Below are positions 10,913 to 19,899 of a stretch of 64,000 bases of DNA, piece by piece (position 1 is the stretch's first letter; each line of letters opens with the position of its first letter). The notes below the pieces were generated by a model, which worked only from the letters and a program-made list of their open reading frames with translations, was not told the DNA's origin and made no database searches. A program made the position numbers and the translations under genes. This DNA comes from an uncultured bacterium (GTDB lineage: Bacteria > Actinomycetota > Acidimicrobiia > Spongiisociales > UBA5794), in contig CAWDDT010000009.1 in assembly GCA_963801165.1 (NCBI GenBank), positions 64,001-128,000 of the forward strand. Reading direction: 5' to 3'.

Positions 10913-11656
10913 ATGTCAGGCAGCAGAAACCGGAGAATCATCGGCTATTCGATCGGCGCATTGGTGGCGCTCGGCGTCGTCGCGGTAGCGGCCTATTTCT
11001 TCTTCTTTGGATCGGCTCCCGACGAGGTCTCGCTTGGGTCCGCCGTCGAGAGTGCCCAGCAAGCCGCCGACGCCAGTCAGCCGGCCGCAACCCCGGACGG
11101 CATCGCGGGCACGTGGGTTGTCGACACGTCCGTCGGTGACTTCAGCTTCGAGGACTCGACGGCGTCGTTCGTCGGTTTCCGCATCCAGGAGCAGCTGGTT
11201 GGAGTTGGGGCGACGACGGCCGTGGGTCGTACCCCAACCATCGACGGGACGCTGACCATCGCAGGGACGACTGTCACCGGGGCAACCATCACGGCCGACA
11301 TGACCGACATCGTCACCAACAACTCGAAGCGCAACGGTCGGGTCCAGGAAGCGCTCTCCACCAGCGACTTCCCGATTGCCACCTTCACCCTGACCCAGCC
11401 CTTTGACATCGGCTCGGAGCCGGCCGACGGTGACCAGTTCTCTGTAACCGCCGTCGGGGATCTGACCATTGCCGGTGTGACCAACCAGGTCGAAGTCCCG
11501 CTCGAGGCTCAGGTCGTCGGTGACCTCGTTGTCGTGGTCGGTTCTGTGGACATCGACTTCACCGACTGGAACGTATCGGTCCCTTCCGCTCCTGTGGTCG
11601 TGTCGGCAGAGAATCAAGGGCCGATTGAGATGCAGCTGTACTTCACGAGGGGGTGA
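10913..11656 (+). CDS. YceI family lipid/polyisoprenoid-binding protein, membrane-anchored
   Basis: N-terminal TM, 'GTWVVD', 'VGFRIQEQL', 'FPIATF', 'GDLTIAGVT'. Confidence 0.85.
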   Translation: MSGSRNRRIIGYSIGALVALGVVAVAAYFFFFGSAPDEVSLGSAVESAQQAADASQPAATPDGIAGTWVVDTSVGDFSFEDSTASFVGFRIQEQLVGVGATTAVGRTPTIDGTLTIAGTTVTGATITADMTDIVTNNSKRNGRVQEALSTSDFPIATFTLTQPFDIGSEPADGDQFSVTAVGDLTIAGVTNQVEVPLEAQVVGDLVVVVGSVDIDFTDWNVSVPSAPVVVSAENQGPIEMQLYFTRG

Positions 11657-11663
11657 GCCAGGC

Positions 11664-12266
11664 TCACGCCCCCAACAGCGTGGCGACCGTCTGCTCCAGC
11701 TCGTCGTAGGCGCCTTCACCGACGTGATCGAACCGGATCAACCCGTCCTGATCGAGCACGTAGGTGCGGGGCCAGTAGGCGGGGCTGCCCTGCCAGGCGT
11801 GGAAGTTGTGTCTGTCGGTGTCGAGGGCGATGGGCCACGTCACGCCTAGATCCTGTGCTGCAGTGAGGATCGAATCGGGGTCGCGCTCGTAGTCGAACTC
11901 GGGGGAGTGGACACCGACGATCTCGAGACCCTTGTCGTGGTATTGGGCGTAGATGTCCTGAAGATAGGGGATCGTGTTCTTGCAGTTGTAGCAACCGAAC
12001 GTCCAGAACCAGACGATCACCACCTGCCCGTGCAAATCGTCGAGCGCGCTTATGTCGGTTTGCAGCCAGCCGTCCAGGTCGGAGAGAGCCAGCGCCTGGC
12101 CCAGCATCGGCGGTTCGGGTGCGGCGGTCGTGGTGGTCGCGGTCGCCGTTGTGGTAGTCGCCGGGGCGGCCTCAGTCGCGGCGACGGCCGATGGGTCGTT
12201 GCTGCGCACGGCGAGGGCGCCGGCGGCTGCCAGCACCAGAACGAGTATGGCCAGGACGATTCGCAT
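11664..12266 (-). CDS. Exported redoxin/thioredoxin-like protein (DipZ thioredoxin-domain-like)
   Basis: Signal peptide, 'FWTFGCYNC', 'GVHSPEF', 'YWP', 'HVGEGAY'. Confidence 0.88.
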   Translation of the reverse strand: MRIVLAILVLVLAAAGALAVRSNDPSAVAATEAAPATTTTATATTTTAAPEPPMLGQALALSDLDGWLQTDISALDDLHGQVVIVWFWTFGCYNCKNTIPYLQDIYAQYHDKGLEIVGVHSPEFDYERDPDSILTAAQDLGVTWPIALDTDRHNFHAWQGSPAYWPRTYVLDQDGLIRFDHVGEGAYDELEQTVATLLGA

Positions 12267-12435
12267 GACCCAACCTTGCCAGACCGGGGATCGCTCCGGG
12301 ACGAAAACCGGATTACAAAAAGCTGAACATCGCCGGCCGGCGATCAGGCACCCCTTCCAATTTCTTGTGGTTTACCCGGTCTTTCCTACGGCCCCGGCAA
12401 CAGGGTCTTCCGGCCCTAGGTAAATGGCACCGTCT

Positions 12436-12460
12436 TGGTACATTTATAGGCATGCCTAAA
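12436..12460 (+). promoter_or_regulatory. Extended -10 (TGGTACATT) with a DtxR/SirR/MntR-type palindromic operator TAGGCATGCCTA over a leaderless start codon
   Basis: Perfect 12-bp palindrome at 12447-12458 resembling TTAGG-N4-CCTAA boxes; TACATT at 12439-12444 is 7 nt before ATG 12452. Confidence 0.7.
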
Positions 12461-13171
12461 GAATCCGTCGCCGAAGTTACAGCCTTGCCCGAACTCAGCA
12501 CGACCTCGGAGGCCGAGCAGATGTACCTGATCACCGTCGCCCGGGCGGTGGAAGCCGGCACCGAGGGCCCGGTGTCGATCGCCAGAATCGCCGGGGCGCT
12601 TCAGGTCTCGGTGCCGTCGGCCAACGAGATGGTGCGCAAGCTCGACAGCAGAGGGCTGCTCGTCTACGAGCCCTATCACGGGGCGCAACTCAGCGCCGCG
12701 GGGCGCGCCCTTGCCAACCAGGTTTTGCGCACCCGCCGGTTGTGGGCCACCTTCCTGGCCGGGCATCTGGGTTTCGATGCGGCGGAGGCCGATGAACAGG
12801 CCTGCTCGCTCGAACACGCCACGACCGGCGAAGCGGCCGATCGGCTCGCCGAGTATCTGGGTAACCCCGCTGCTGGTCCGCTCGGCCAGCCGATACCCAC
12901 CAAGGGCCTCTCAGTGCCACCGCCGGCGCCGGTGCGTCTCGACGATCTGCCGGTCGGCGTCCTCGCCGAAGTCGTCGCGGTCACCGCCGTTGGCCGGAGT
13001 CGCGAGTTCCTCCGCTCGGAGAACGTCATCCCGGGCGTCACGCTGACGATCACCGCCGCGGGGAGCTCCGGGCTGCTTGTCGATCTCACCGACCGCGAGG
13101 TTCATCTCAGCAACAGGCTCGCCGCCTCGATCGACGTGCGCCGCGTAGGGGGTCATCGTGCTTCGGCGTAG
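12452..13171 (+). CDS. DtxR/IdeR/MntR family metal-dependent repressor with C-terminal FeoA/SH3 domain
   Basis: 'EQMYL', 'VSVPSANEMVRKL', 'RRLWATFL', 'ACSLEH', 'PLGQPIP'. Confidence 0.9.
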   Translation: MPKESVAEVTALPELSTTSEAEQMYLITVARAVEAGTEGPVSIARIAGALQVSVPSANEMVRKLDSRGLLVYEPYHGAQLSAAGRALANQVLRTRRLWATFLAGHLGFDAAEADEQACSLEHATTGEAADRLAEYLGNPAAGPLGQPIPTKGLSVPPPAPVRLDDLPVGVLAEVVAVTAVGRSREFLRSENVIPGVTLTITAAGSSGLLVDLTDREVHLSNRLAASIDVRRVGGHRASA

Positions 13172-13418
13172 GACATCCGGGACACCGCCTGCGACGGGCC
13201 GACGAACCCTCGAGAAGACCCGGCGTGACGAAACAGTCCGTGTGGTGCGCGTGTCGGGCCGCCCCGTGCTGATCAGGCGACTTGCGGCACTCGGGCTGGT
13301 TCCCGGGGCGCAGTTGACGGTGATGAAACCGGCGAGTCCGCTGATCGTATCCCTGGGCGGAGCCCGCATCGCCATCGGCAGAACGGCGGCGTCGTCGGTA
13401 GAGGTCGAGGTTGGCTGA
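13158..13418 (+). CDS. feoA: Ferrous iron transport protein A
   Basis: 'RRLAALGLVPGA', 'PLIVSLGGARIAIGR'; directly upstream of feoB. Confidence 0.88.
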   Translation: MLRRRTSGTPPATGRRTLEKTRRDETVRVVRVSGRPVLIRRLAALGLVPGAQLTVMKPASPLIVSLGGARIAIGRTAASSVEVEVG

Positions 13419-15704
13419 ATGTCCTGCCCCACCTGCTCGTCGAGCCAGCGGACTCGCCACAGTCACGCCGATTGCGAGGCCGGAGACGACAGGGTTCGGA
13501 CGCGCGAGCATCCCATCGTCGCCGTCGCCGGATGTCCCAATGCGGGTAAGACCTCGCTGTTCAACCAGCTGACGGGTCTGCAGCAGAAGGTCGGCAACTG
13601 GCCGGGCCAGACCGTCGCCCAGTACACGGGACAGTTCCGGGTTGGGGAGCAGGAGTTCGCAGTGGTCGACCTTCCGGGCACCTACGGTCTGGTTGCGGTA
13701 TCCGCAGAAGAAGCAATCGCCGCAACGTACCTGGCGGAGGAACGGCCCGATGTTGTCGTGTCGGTGGTAGACGCGTCCAACCTGACGGGCAGCCTCCATC
13801 TCGTCGCGCAGATCGCCGAGGCCGGGCACCGGCAAGTCATCGCGCTGAACATGACAGACGTGGCCGAGCGAAGAGGCATCGAAATCGACGAGTCTGCACT
13901 GGCCCGCAGGCTGGGCGTCGAGGTGGTGCGGACCGTCGCCAGGAAGGGAACCGGCCTCGCCGAGCTGAGGCAGGCGATTGACCGGTGTCTGGAGCGCTCG
14001 CCGCAGCCACTGCGGGTGGACTACGGCCCGGTGGTCGAGCGTCACCTCGAGCGTCTGGTCGCCAACATCACCTCGAGCCCGGTCGCCGTCGAGCTCGGCT
14101 CCCCGCGATGGGCTGCGCTCCAATTACTCGCAGGGGACCACGGTCTACGGCGGAGACTCGCCGGAAGCGACGGCGGACGCGTGGTGCTGGAGGCCGCCGC
14201 CGCCGATCGGGACGGTATAACCGCCGAGGCCGAGTCCGAGTGTGAGATGGAGCTCGCCGAGCATCGGTTCAACTGGATCTCCGAACTCGTCGACGAGATG
14301 ACGGGATCGCTTCCCGCGGTCACGACATGGTCGGATCGGGCCGATCGGGTCTTGACGCACCGGTTCGTCGGTGTTCCCATATTCCTCGCGGTGATGTGGG
14401 TTGTTCTCCGGGTCACCGCCGACGTCACCGCACCGTATCTCGACTGGATCGAGAGCACCATCTCCGGGCCGATCTCCCGGTGGGTGGTGAGCCTTCTGTC
14501 GGTTGTCAGGCTGGGCGGTGGATGGGTAAAGAGCTTGATCGTCGATGGGGTCCTCGCCGGCGTCGGCAGCGTGCTGACCTTCGTGCCCGTTCTCTTCGGT
14601 CTGTACCTGATGCTTGCATTGCTCGAGGATTCCGGGTACATGTCGCGGGCTGCCGCCGTCATGGATCGGGCGATGCGCGCCATCGGCATCCCCGGCAAGG
14701 CCTTCCTGCCGATGATGGTGGGTTTCGGCTGCACCGTCCCGGCTGTGTATGCCACGAGGACACTCGACTCGCCACGGGATCGGCTGCTCACCGGTCTGAT
14801 CACCCCGTTCATGTCGTGTGGTGCCCGGCTCCCCGTCTACGTTCTCCTCGCCGGAGTCTTCTTTGCCAGGACCAAGAGCATGGTGGTCTTTGCGATGTAC
14901 CTGATCGGGATCGCAGTAGCGGTCGCCATCGGGTTCCTGCTCAGCCGCACCGTCATGCGCGAGGACGATCCCGCACCTTTGGTGATGGTGATGCCCGAGT
15001 TCCGGCTCCCCAGCATGAGAACCGTGTGGATCCTGGTGAAACAACGCACCGCGTCATTCATCAAGGGTGCCGGGACCACCATCCTCGTGGCGAGCATGGT
15101 GGTGTGGCTGCTGCTCTCGATCCCGCTGGGCGGCGGCGGTCACTTCGCAGACACGGATGTCGAGCACAGCGCCTTCGGGGTCGTCAGCAAAGGCATCGCG
15201 CCGATCTTGCGTCCGCTCGGTTTTGGCGATTGGGAGCAGTCCGGGTCGCTGCTCTCCGGCTTCGTTGCCAAGGAGGTGGTCGTCAGCACCATGGCCCAGC
15301 TCTACAGCACCGAAGGGCAGGCCGTCGTCGGTCCCGCTCCCAGCCTGGGCGACGATTTGCGTGATATCGGCAGATCGTTTGTCACCGCGGGCGTCGACAC
15401 GGTGCGCGCCATCCCCCGGGTGGTCGGTCTGGACTTCGTCGACCTCAACGACGACACAGGCACGGGTCTACAGACCGCCGTCCGCGACTCCTTTGCCGGG
15501 AGCAGCGGTGGTCACGGTGCTCTCGCGGCGTTTGCATTCATGGTCTTTGTTCTCCTCTACACGCCGTGTATGGCTGCAGTTGCCGCGTTCCGCCAGGAGT
15601 TCGGGACCAGGTGGATGTGGGTGAGCGTGATCGGTCAGTTTGCGATCGCCGGCGCCGGCGCCTTCGTCGTGTTCCAGGGCGGCAGATTGTTGGGGATCGG
15701 ATGA
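13419..15704 (+). CDS. feoB: Ferrous iron transport protein B
   Basis: G1 'GCPNAGKTSLFN', 'VGNWPG', 'DLPGTY', 'LEDSGYMSR', 'GFGCTVP', 'PFMSCGARLP', 'LYTPC'. Confidence 0.96.
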   Translation: MSCPTCSSSQRTRHSHADCEAGDDRVRTREHPIVAVAGCPNAGKTSLFNQLTGLQQKVGNWPGQTVAQYTGQFRVGEQEFAVVDLPGTYGLVAVSAEEAIAATYLAEERPDVVVSVVDASNLTGSLHLVAQIAEAGHRQVIALNMTDVAERRGIEIDESALARRLGVEVVRTVARKGTGLAELRQAIDRCLERSPQPLRVDYGPVVERHLERLVANITSSPVAVELGSPRWAALQLLAGDHGLRRRLAGSDGGRVVLEAAAADRDGITAEAESECEMELAEHRFNWISELVDEMTGSLPAVTTWSDRADRVLTHRFVGVPIFLAVMWVVLRVTADVTAPYLDWIESTISGPISRWVVSLLSVVRLGGGWVKSLIVDGVLAGVGSVLTFVPVLFGLYLMLALLEDSGYMSRAAAVMDRAMRAIGIPGKAFLPMMVGFGCTVPAVYATRTLDSPRDRLLTGLITPFMSCGARLPVYVLLAGVFFARTKSMVVFAMYLIGIAVAVAIGFLLSRTVMREDDPAPLVMVMPEFRLPSMRTVWILVKQRTASFIKGAGTTILVASMVVWLLLSIPLGGGGHFADTDVEHSAFGVVSKGIAPILRPLGFGDWEQSGSLLSGFVAKEVVVSTMAQLYSTEGQAVVGPAPSLGDDLRDIGRSFVTAGVDTVRAIPRVVGLDFVDLNDDTGTGLQTAVRDSFAGSSGGHGALAAFAFMVFVLLYTPCMAAVAAFRQEFGTRWMWVSVIGQFAIAGAGAFVVFQGGRLLGIG

Positions 15705-15985
15705 GGCTGGCCGCACTACTGGACGAGTTGGAGCGAGCCTCCGGGCCGGTCACCGGCATCGAGTTGGCCGACCGTCTTGGCGTCCCTCCGTCCCGGGTGG
15801 CTGCCATGCTCGACGCACTTCGCGCTTCCGGGAGGCTGGGTCTCGAGTCACGACGGACGACCGCTCCGGGCAGCTGCGCTACATCGGGGTCGTGCTCGAT
15901 GAGTTGCCCCGGGCCGGATGAGTGCGCTCTGACGGTGGACCTGAGCGTCACAACCCTCCAGATCCAACCCTTCACCCGGCGCTGA
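15701..15985 (+). CDS. FeoC-like winged-HTH protein with Cys-rich tail
   Basis: ATGA overlap with feoB; 'ELADRLGVPPSRVAAMLDAL' HTH and four Cys (SCATSGSCSMSCPGPDEC). Confidence 0.72.
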   Translation: MRLAALLDELERASGPVTGIELADRLGVPPSRVAAMLDALRASGRLGLESRRTTAPGSCATSGSCSMSCPGPDECALTVDLSVTTLQIQPFTRR

Positions 15986-15986
15986 A

Positions 15987-16685
15987 TCAAGGCGCGACGA
16001 GCGCTCCGGCAAAGGGGACCGAGAATCGCTTGCACCAGACGAGGGCATAGTGATGCACAGACGGGTCGTATTCCGCAGGCAGCTCGTAGTTCTGGCCACC
16101 GACGTTGCCCTTCAGGTTCCCCAGGTCGAGGTAGGCGCCGAGGTTGTTTGGCTCGTAATCGTCCTTGTTGAGCAGGTATACATACAGATCGGGGCCGTTG
16201 AAGATCTCGGTGTCATCCTCGAACCGCAGCACGTAGGCGCCGTTCTGCTCGTAGATCGTGGCTGTGCCGGACGCCTCGTGGGCGAAGCTCGTTATCGGCC
16301 CGGTGGCGACGACGGTCGGCTCGGAAGACGCAGCTGCTGTGGTGCTCGTCGTGGACTCGTCCTCGGTCATGGCCTCGGTGGTCGTTGTGGTTGTCTCTTC
16401 TCCGGTCATGTCCTCGTAGGTCGTGGTCGTCTCGTCTTCGGTCATGGCCTCGGTGGTCGTTGTCGTCTCGTGTTCGGTCATGGTGGTAGTGGTTGTGGCG
16501 GGTTCGATGGTTGTCGTGGTTGTCACCGTCGAGACCACTGGGAAGGCGTCTTGCAGCGACTCGTCGACCCGATCGTCGACGAACAGTTTGTCGGGCCGGA
16601 ACGCCAGGAAGGCCACCAGGAGCACAACTGCCGCCACTCCGCCGAGCACCCATTTGTATCTTTTCAAGAAATCCATCATCTTCAC
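15987..16685 (-). CDS. DM13 domain protein, membrane-anchored, with Thr/Glu/Met-rich linker
   Basis: 'HEASGTA', 'NGPDLYVYL', 'LKGNVGGQNYELP', 'WCKRFSVPF'. Confidence 0.9.
   Translation of the reverse strand: MKMMDFLKRYKWVLGGVAAVVLLVAFLAFRPDKLFVDDRVDESLQDAFPVVSTVTTTTTIEPATTTTTMTEHETTTTTEAMTEDETTTTYEDMTGEETTTTTTEAMTEDESTTSTTAAASSEPTVVATGPITSFAHEASGTATIYEQNGAYVLRFEDDTEIFNGPDLYVYLLNKDDYEPNNLGAYLDLGNLKGNVGGQNYELPAEYDPSVHHYALVWCKRFSVPFAGALVAP
16340..16500 (-). repeat. Imperfect in-frame repeats encoding (T)4-6-E-A/D-M-T-E/G-D/E-E
   Basis: TCGGTCATGGCCTCGGTGGTCGTTGT occurs twice, with degenerate copies between. Confidence 0.7.
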
Positions 16686-16779
16686 CCCGTTTGGACGACT
16701 CTACGGGCGCAAACGGTCACACGACCCACGGTTGTTCCTCCTGGAGAGGAAGTTCTCCTTTTGTTCATACTCGAGCCGG

Positions 16780-17805
16780 TCAGATCGTTCTCGTGACCTT
16801 TGTCAATCCGCGGGGTCGCTCGGGGTCGAGACCACGGGCCTCCCCGAGGTGCAGGGTGAACAGTTGGGCGGCCACGATCGCCGCGATTGGTGTCATCCAC
16901 TCCGGCATGTCGGGCAACATCACGCCGGAATGCACCGCATGGAGCGCTTCCGATCGGTTGGTGATGGCGACGGTGCGTGCGCGATGTATCGTGGTTGCTT
17001 TCTGTAGTAGGTCCATCATGTCACCAAACAGCGGGCCCGCCATGGCGACGGCCAGGATCGGGAAGCCGGGCTCGACGACGGCAATCGGCCCATGTCTGAA
17101 GTCGGCGCTCGAATAGGGATGCGCCAGGGTGTAGGTGACCTCCTGGAGCTTCAGCGCCCACTCGAATGCGGTGCAGTGGTTGTAGCCGCGCCCGAGAACG
17201 GCGCACGCGCCCATGTCGGCGAATGCACCCGTGAGCGCCGCGATGTGCTCTTCGGCGTCGAGAACGGATTGGGCATGCCCGGGCAGCGCCGTCAGTTGGT
17301 CCGCCCATGCACCCGGGTCGAGCGCTGCCGAGAGCATGGCGATTGCCAGCAGCTCGGCCGTGTAGGTCTTTGTGGCGGCGATGGCCATCTCGCGGCCCGC
17401 CATGATGTCTATGACCGCGTCCGCTTGCCCGGCGAGCGGTGACTCCGGCTCGTTGGTGATCGCAATTGTCGGTCTTCCCTGGTGGCTTGCTTCCTCGAGC
17501 ACCGCGATCAGGTCTGGTGACTCGCCGGACTGTGAGATTCCGATGACGAGCGCCCCGTCGAGGCGTGGTGGCCGGTCGTAGCTGGTGAAGAGCGACGGAG
17601 CCGCCAATGCCACCGGGATCCGGTTGTGCGCCGCCAGCAGGTATTTCCCATAGCGTGCGGCGTTGTCCGAGGTGCCCCGGGCGGCGATCATCGCGTAATT
17701 GAAGTCGTGCGATGTGACGGCGGCCGCCACGTTGGCGATTGGCTCCCGGTTGGCTTCCAGGGCGTGCCGCAACACGCCCGGCTGCTCCAGGATCTCAGCA
17801 CGCAT
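16780..17805 (-). CDS. SIS-domain protein (isomerase-only GlmS-like / glucosamine-6-phosphate deaminase-like)
   Basis: 'EILEQP', 'ARGTSDNA', 'ISQSGES', 'ATKTY', 'ALKLQE', 'DFRHGP', 'PRGLTKVTRT'. Confidence 0.9.
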   Translation of the reverse strand: MRAEILEQPGVLRHALEANREPIANVAAAVTSHDFNYAMIAARGTSDNAARYGKYLLAAHNRIPVALAAPSLFTSYDRPPRLDGALVIGISQSGESPDLIAVLEEASHQGRPTIAITNEPESPLAGQADAVIDIMAGREMAIAATKTYTAELLAIAMLSAALDPGAWADQLTALPGHAQSVLDAEEHIAALTGAFADMGACAVLGRGYNHCTAFEWALKLQEVTYTLAHPYSSADFRHGPIAVVEPGFPILAVAMAGPLFGDMMDLLQKATTIHRARTVAITNRSEALHAVHSGVMLPDMPEWMTPIAAIVAAQLFTLHLGEARGLDPERPRGLTKVTRTI

Positions 17806-17824
17806 GCTCACGTTGCCACCACCC

Positions 17825-18676
17825 TCAGCAGAGACGATCGATCCGGGCGGTGATCTCATCTCGCATCCGTGCGATGTGGGCGGTGACGTGGTCGGCAACG
17901 TCCGCCGCCGGGTCTTGGATCAGCGGCGTCAGATCCATGGCGATGATGATTGCCCCGGCCGTGTCTACCTCATGGCTCTGCAAGTAGGTGGCGTGTGCCA
18001 ACCTGCGTCCGGAGACAGCGAGGTCGTAGCGCTTCCCTCCGGACACCTGCGAGTCGTATACGCCGACGAGAGCAGCGGAGAGATTTGGGCGAAGCGTGAC
18101 GTCGAAAAGCACCTTGTCTGTGTCGGTCATCCAATCGAGGTCGCGCCAGACCTCACAGCCGTACAGCTTCTCGGGTTGCTCATCGGCGGCGAGGCTGCGG
18201 ATTGCGGCGATCGTGCGCAGAGCGGTAGCGACGTGGGTGTCGTGCTTGTCGGCCGGGTTGTGGGTGTACACGACCCGTGGTGCGGCTGCGGTGATGATGC
18301 CTGCCAGCTCCGTGACGACATCAGATGACGATCCGTCTTTGGCGACCGCACTCGGGTAGTCGAGCTGGATAGCGGCGCTGTACTCGCCGACGTAGGCGGC
18401 CTTGTTCTCCTCGCCGGCGCGAACACGTCGCATCTGTTCGTCACTGTGGTCGGCGTAGAGGTCTGCTCGGGGGCTGCCCGCTCCGTCGGTCACGGTGACT
18501 GCCAGGAACCACCGATCGCTCTGCCCGAAGCAGTGCAAGATCCCGTCGCAAGCCATGATCGCGATGTCGTCCTGGTGTGCGCCTACGGCGAGGTGGGTCG
18601 TCCGGGACAGCGCAATCTCCGAAGCCGCCCCGTCGGGAACGAAGATCTGAGCACCCGGGTTGCGAAACTCCATCAT
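17825..18676 (-). CDS. PIG-L family deacetylase
   Basis: 'GAHQDD', 'VTDGAGS', 'YTHNPADKHDTH'. Confidence 0.85.
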   Translation of the reverse strand: MMEFRNPGAQIFVPDGAASEIALSRTTHLAVGAHQDDIAIMACDGILHCFGQSDRWFLAVTVTDGAGSPRADLYADHSDEQMRRVRAGEENKAAYVGEYSAAIQLDYPSAVAKDGSSSDVVTELAGIITAAAPRVVYTHNPADKHDTHVATALRTIAAIRSLAADEQPEKLYGCEVWRDLDWMTDTDKVLFDVTLRPNLSAALVGVYDSQVSGGKRYDLAVSGRRLAHATYLQSHEVDTAGAIIIAMDLTPLIQDPAADVADHVTAHIARMRDEITARIDRLC

Positions 18677-18765
18677 CCGATCTCCTTGTCGCGTCGGGGC
18701 AGGCCGACCGTTGCAGGCTGTGTTTGACCAACATATCAAGTTTGCCGCAGCTCGCAGGCAACCCG

Positions 18766-19851
18766 GTGCGAAGGTCCGAGATATCGCATCATGAGGCCGT
18801 GTATGGTTCCGTCATGGTGCACCGTCTCGTTTCGGTTCTCGAGCAATCGCTGGGCGTCTACGGGACAGCCCCGACCTGCTATCTGTCGGCTCTTGCCCGG
18901 GTGCCCCACTTCTCCATCGCCAGCTTCGACGCCGCCATCGCCGGACAGATGCTGGTGCGGATCCGGGCGATGCGCTACTCGGTGTACACGCTCCCCGTCG
19001 GGATGGTCGCCATGGTTGCGGCGGCTACCCGGAGCATCGGGCGAAAGCAGAACGTCAGGCGAAGGCGGATCGAGAGGCGCTACGAGCGGCTCTCTTTGGC
19101 GATCGAGGAAGCGCTGGCCGGTGGGCCCCGAGCAGCCTCAGAGATCCGGGACATCGTGGATCCCGAGCACGAACTCGATGACGAATTGGGCATCGTCATC
19201 GGAACAATGCTGTCCGACTTCCGGCTGGTGCGGGCGACGTCCACAGGCACCTGGCGCTCCGATCGCTACCTGTATGCGCGCTGGGCGGACTGGATCCCGG
19301 AAGTCGATCCGGAGGCGATCGGCGAGCTGGATGCGAAACGGGAATTAGTGGAGCGGTATGTCGCCGCCTACGGTCCGGTCACCCTCGACGACGTCAAATG
19401 GTGGACGGGATGGACCAAGACCGAGTCCTTGGAGGCGGCCGACGGCATCGATCTGGCTCGTACCGGAGATGCAGCGGTGCTGCTCGAGGGGACGAGGCTG
19501 CTGCCGGTATGGGATGCGCTCATGGTCGCCTATCGCAAACGCGATCGGCTGCTTGATCCGAGCTTCGCCCCGCTGGTATACGACCGGTATGGAAACGCCA
19601 CCTCCGTCGTACTCGACGACGGGCGGGCGGTCGGTCAGTGGGACCTCGGCAGCGCCGACTCCCCGCTGGCGCTGAAGGTGGCACCGTTCGAGGAGTGGTC
19701 GCCCGCGCGCTGGGATCGGGTCGAGGAGCAGGCCAACCTGATCGCCACCCTTGCTGGCGCGGCGTCGGTCACGGTCACCCGGCTCGAGGAGCCAACGGAT
19801 TTGCTCGACTCGTCACGCAATCGCTTTCTCGCCCCGCTCTCACGACGGTGA
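18766..19851 (+). CDS. AlkZ/YcaQ-like (HTH_42) DNA glycosylase family protein
   Basis: 'YLSALAR', 'AMRYSVY', 'RYVAAYGPVTLDDVKWWTG', 'LLPVWD..MVAY', 'DGRAVGQW'; start uncertain (18766-18814). Confidence 0.8.
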   Translation: MRRSEISHHEAVYGSVMVHRLVSVLEQSLGVYGTAPTCYLSALARVPHFSIASFDAAIAGQMLVRIRAMRYSVYTLPVGMVAMVAAATRSIGRKQNVRRRRIERRYERLSLAIEEALAGGPRAASEIRDIVDPEHELDDELGIVIGTMLSDFRLVRATSTGTWRSDRYLYARWADWIPEVDPEAIGELDAKRELVERYVAAYGPVTLDDVKWWTGWTKTESLEAADGIDLARTGDAAVLLEGTRLLPVWDALMVAYRKRDRLLDPSFAPLVYDRYGNATSVVLDDGRAVGQWDLGSADSPLALKVAPFEEWSPARWDRVEEQANLIATLAGAASVTVTRLEEPTDLLDSSRNRFLAPLSRR

Positions 19852-19899
19852 CGTCGCGCCGGTAGGTACGCTGGCCTCGTCAATCAAGGAGCGCACACA

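Noticed and set aside
16340-16500. Repeats in the DM13 gene (also phnD 54079-54150 and the SLH repeats) as a possible CRISPR array
   Set aside because: They are in-frame coding repeats without unique spacers, and no cas genes are present.
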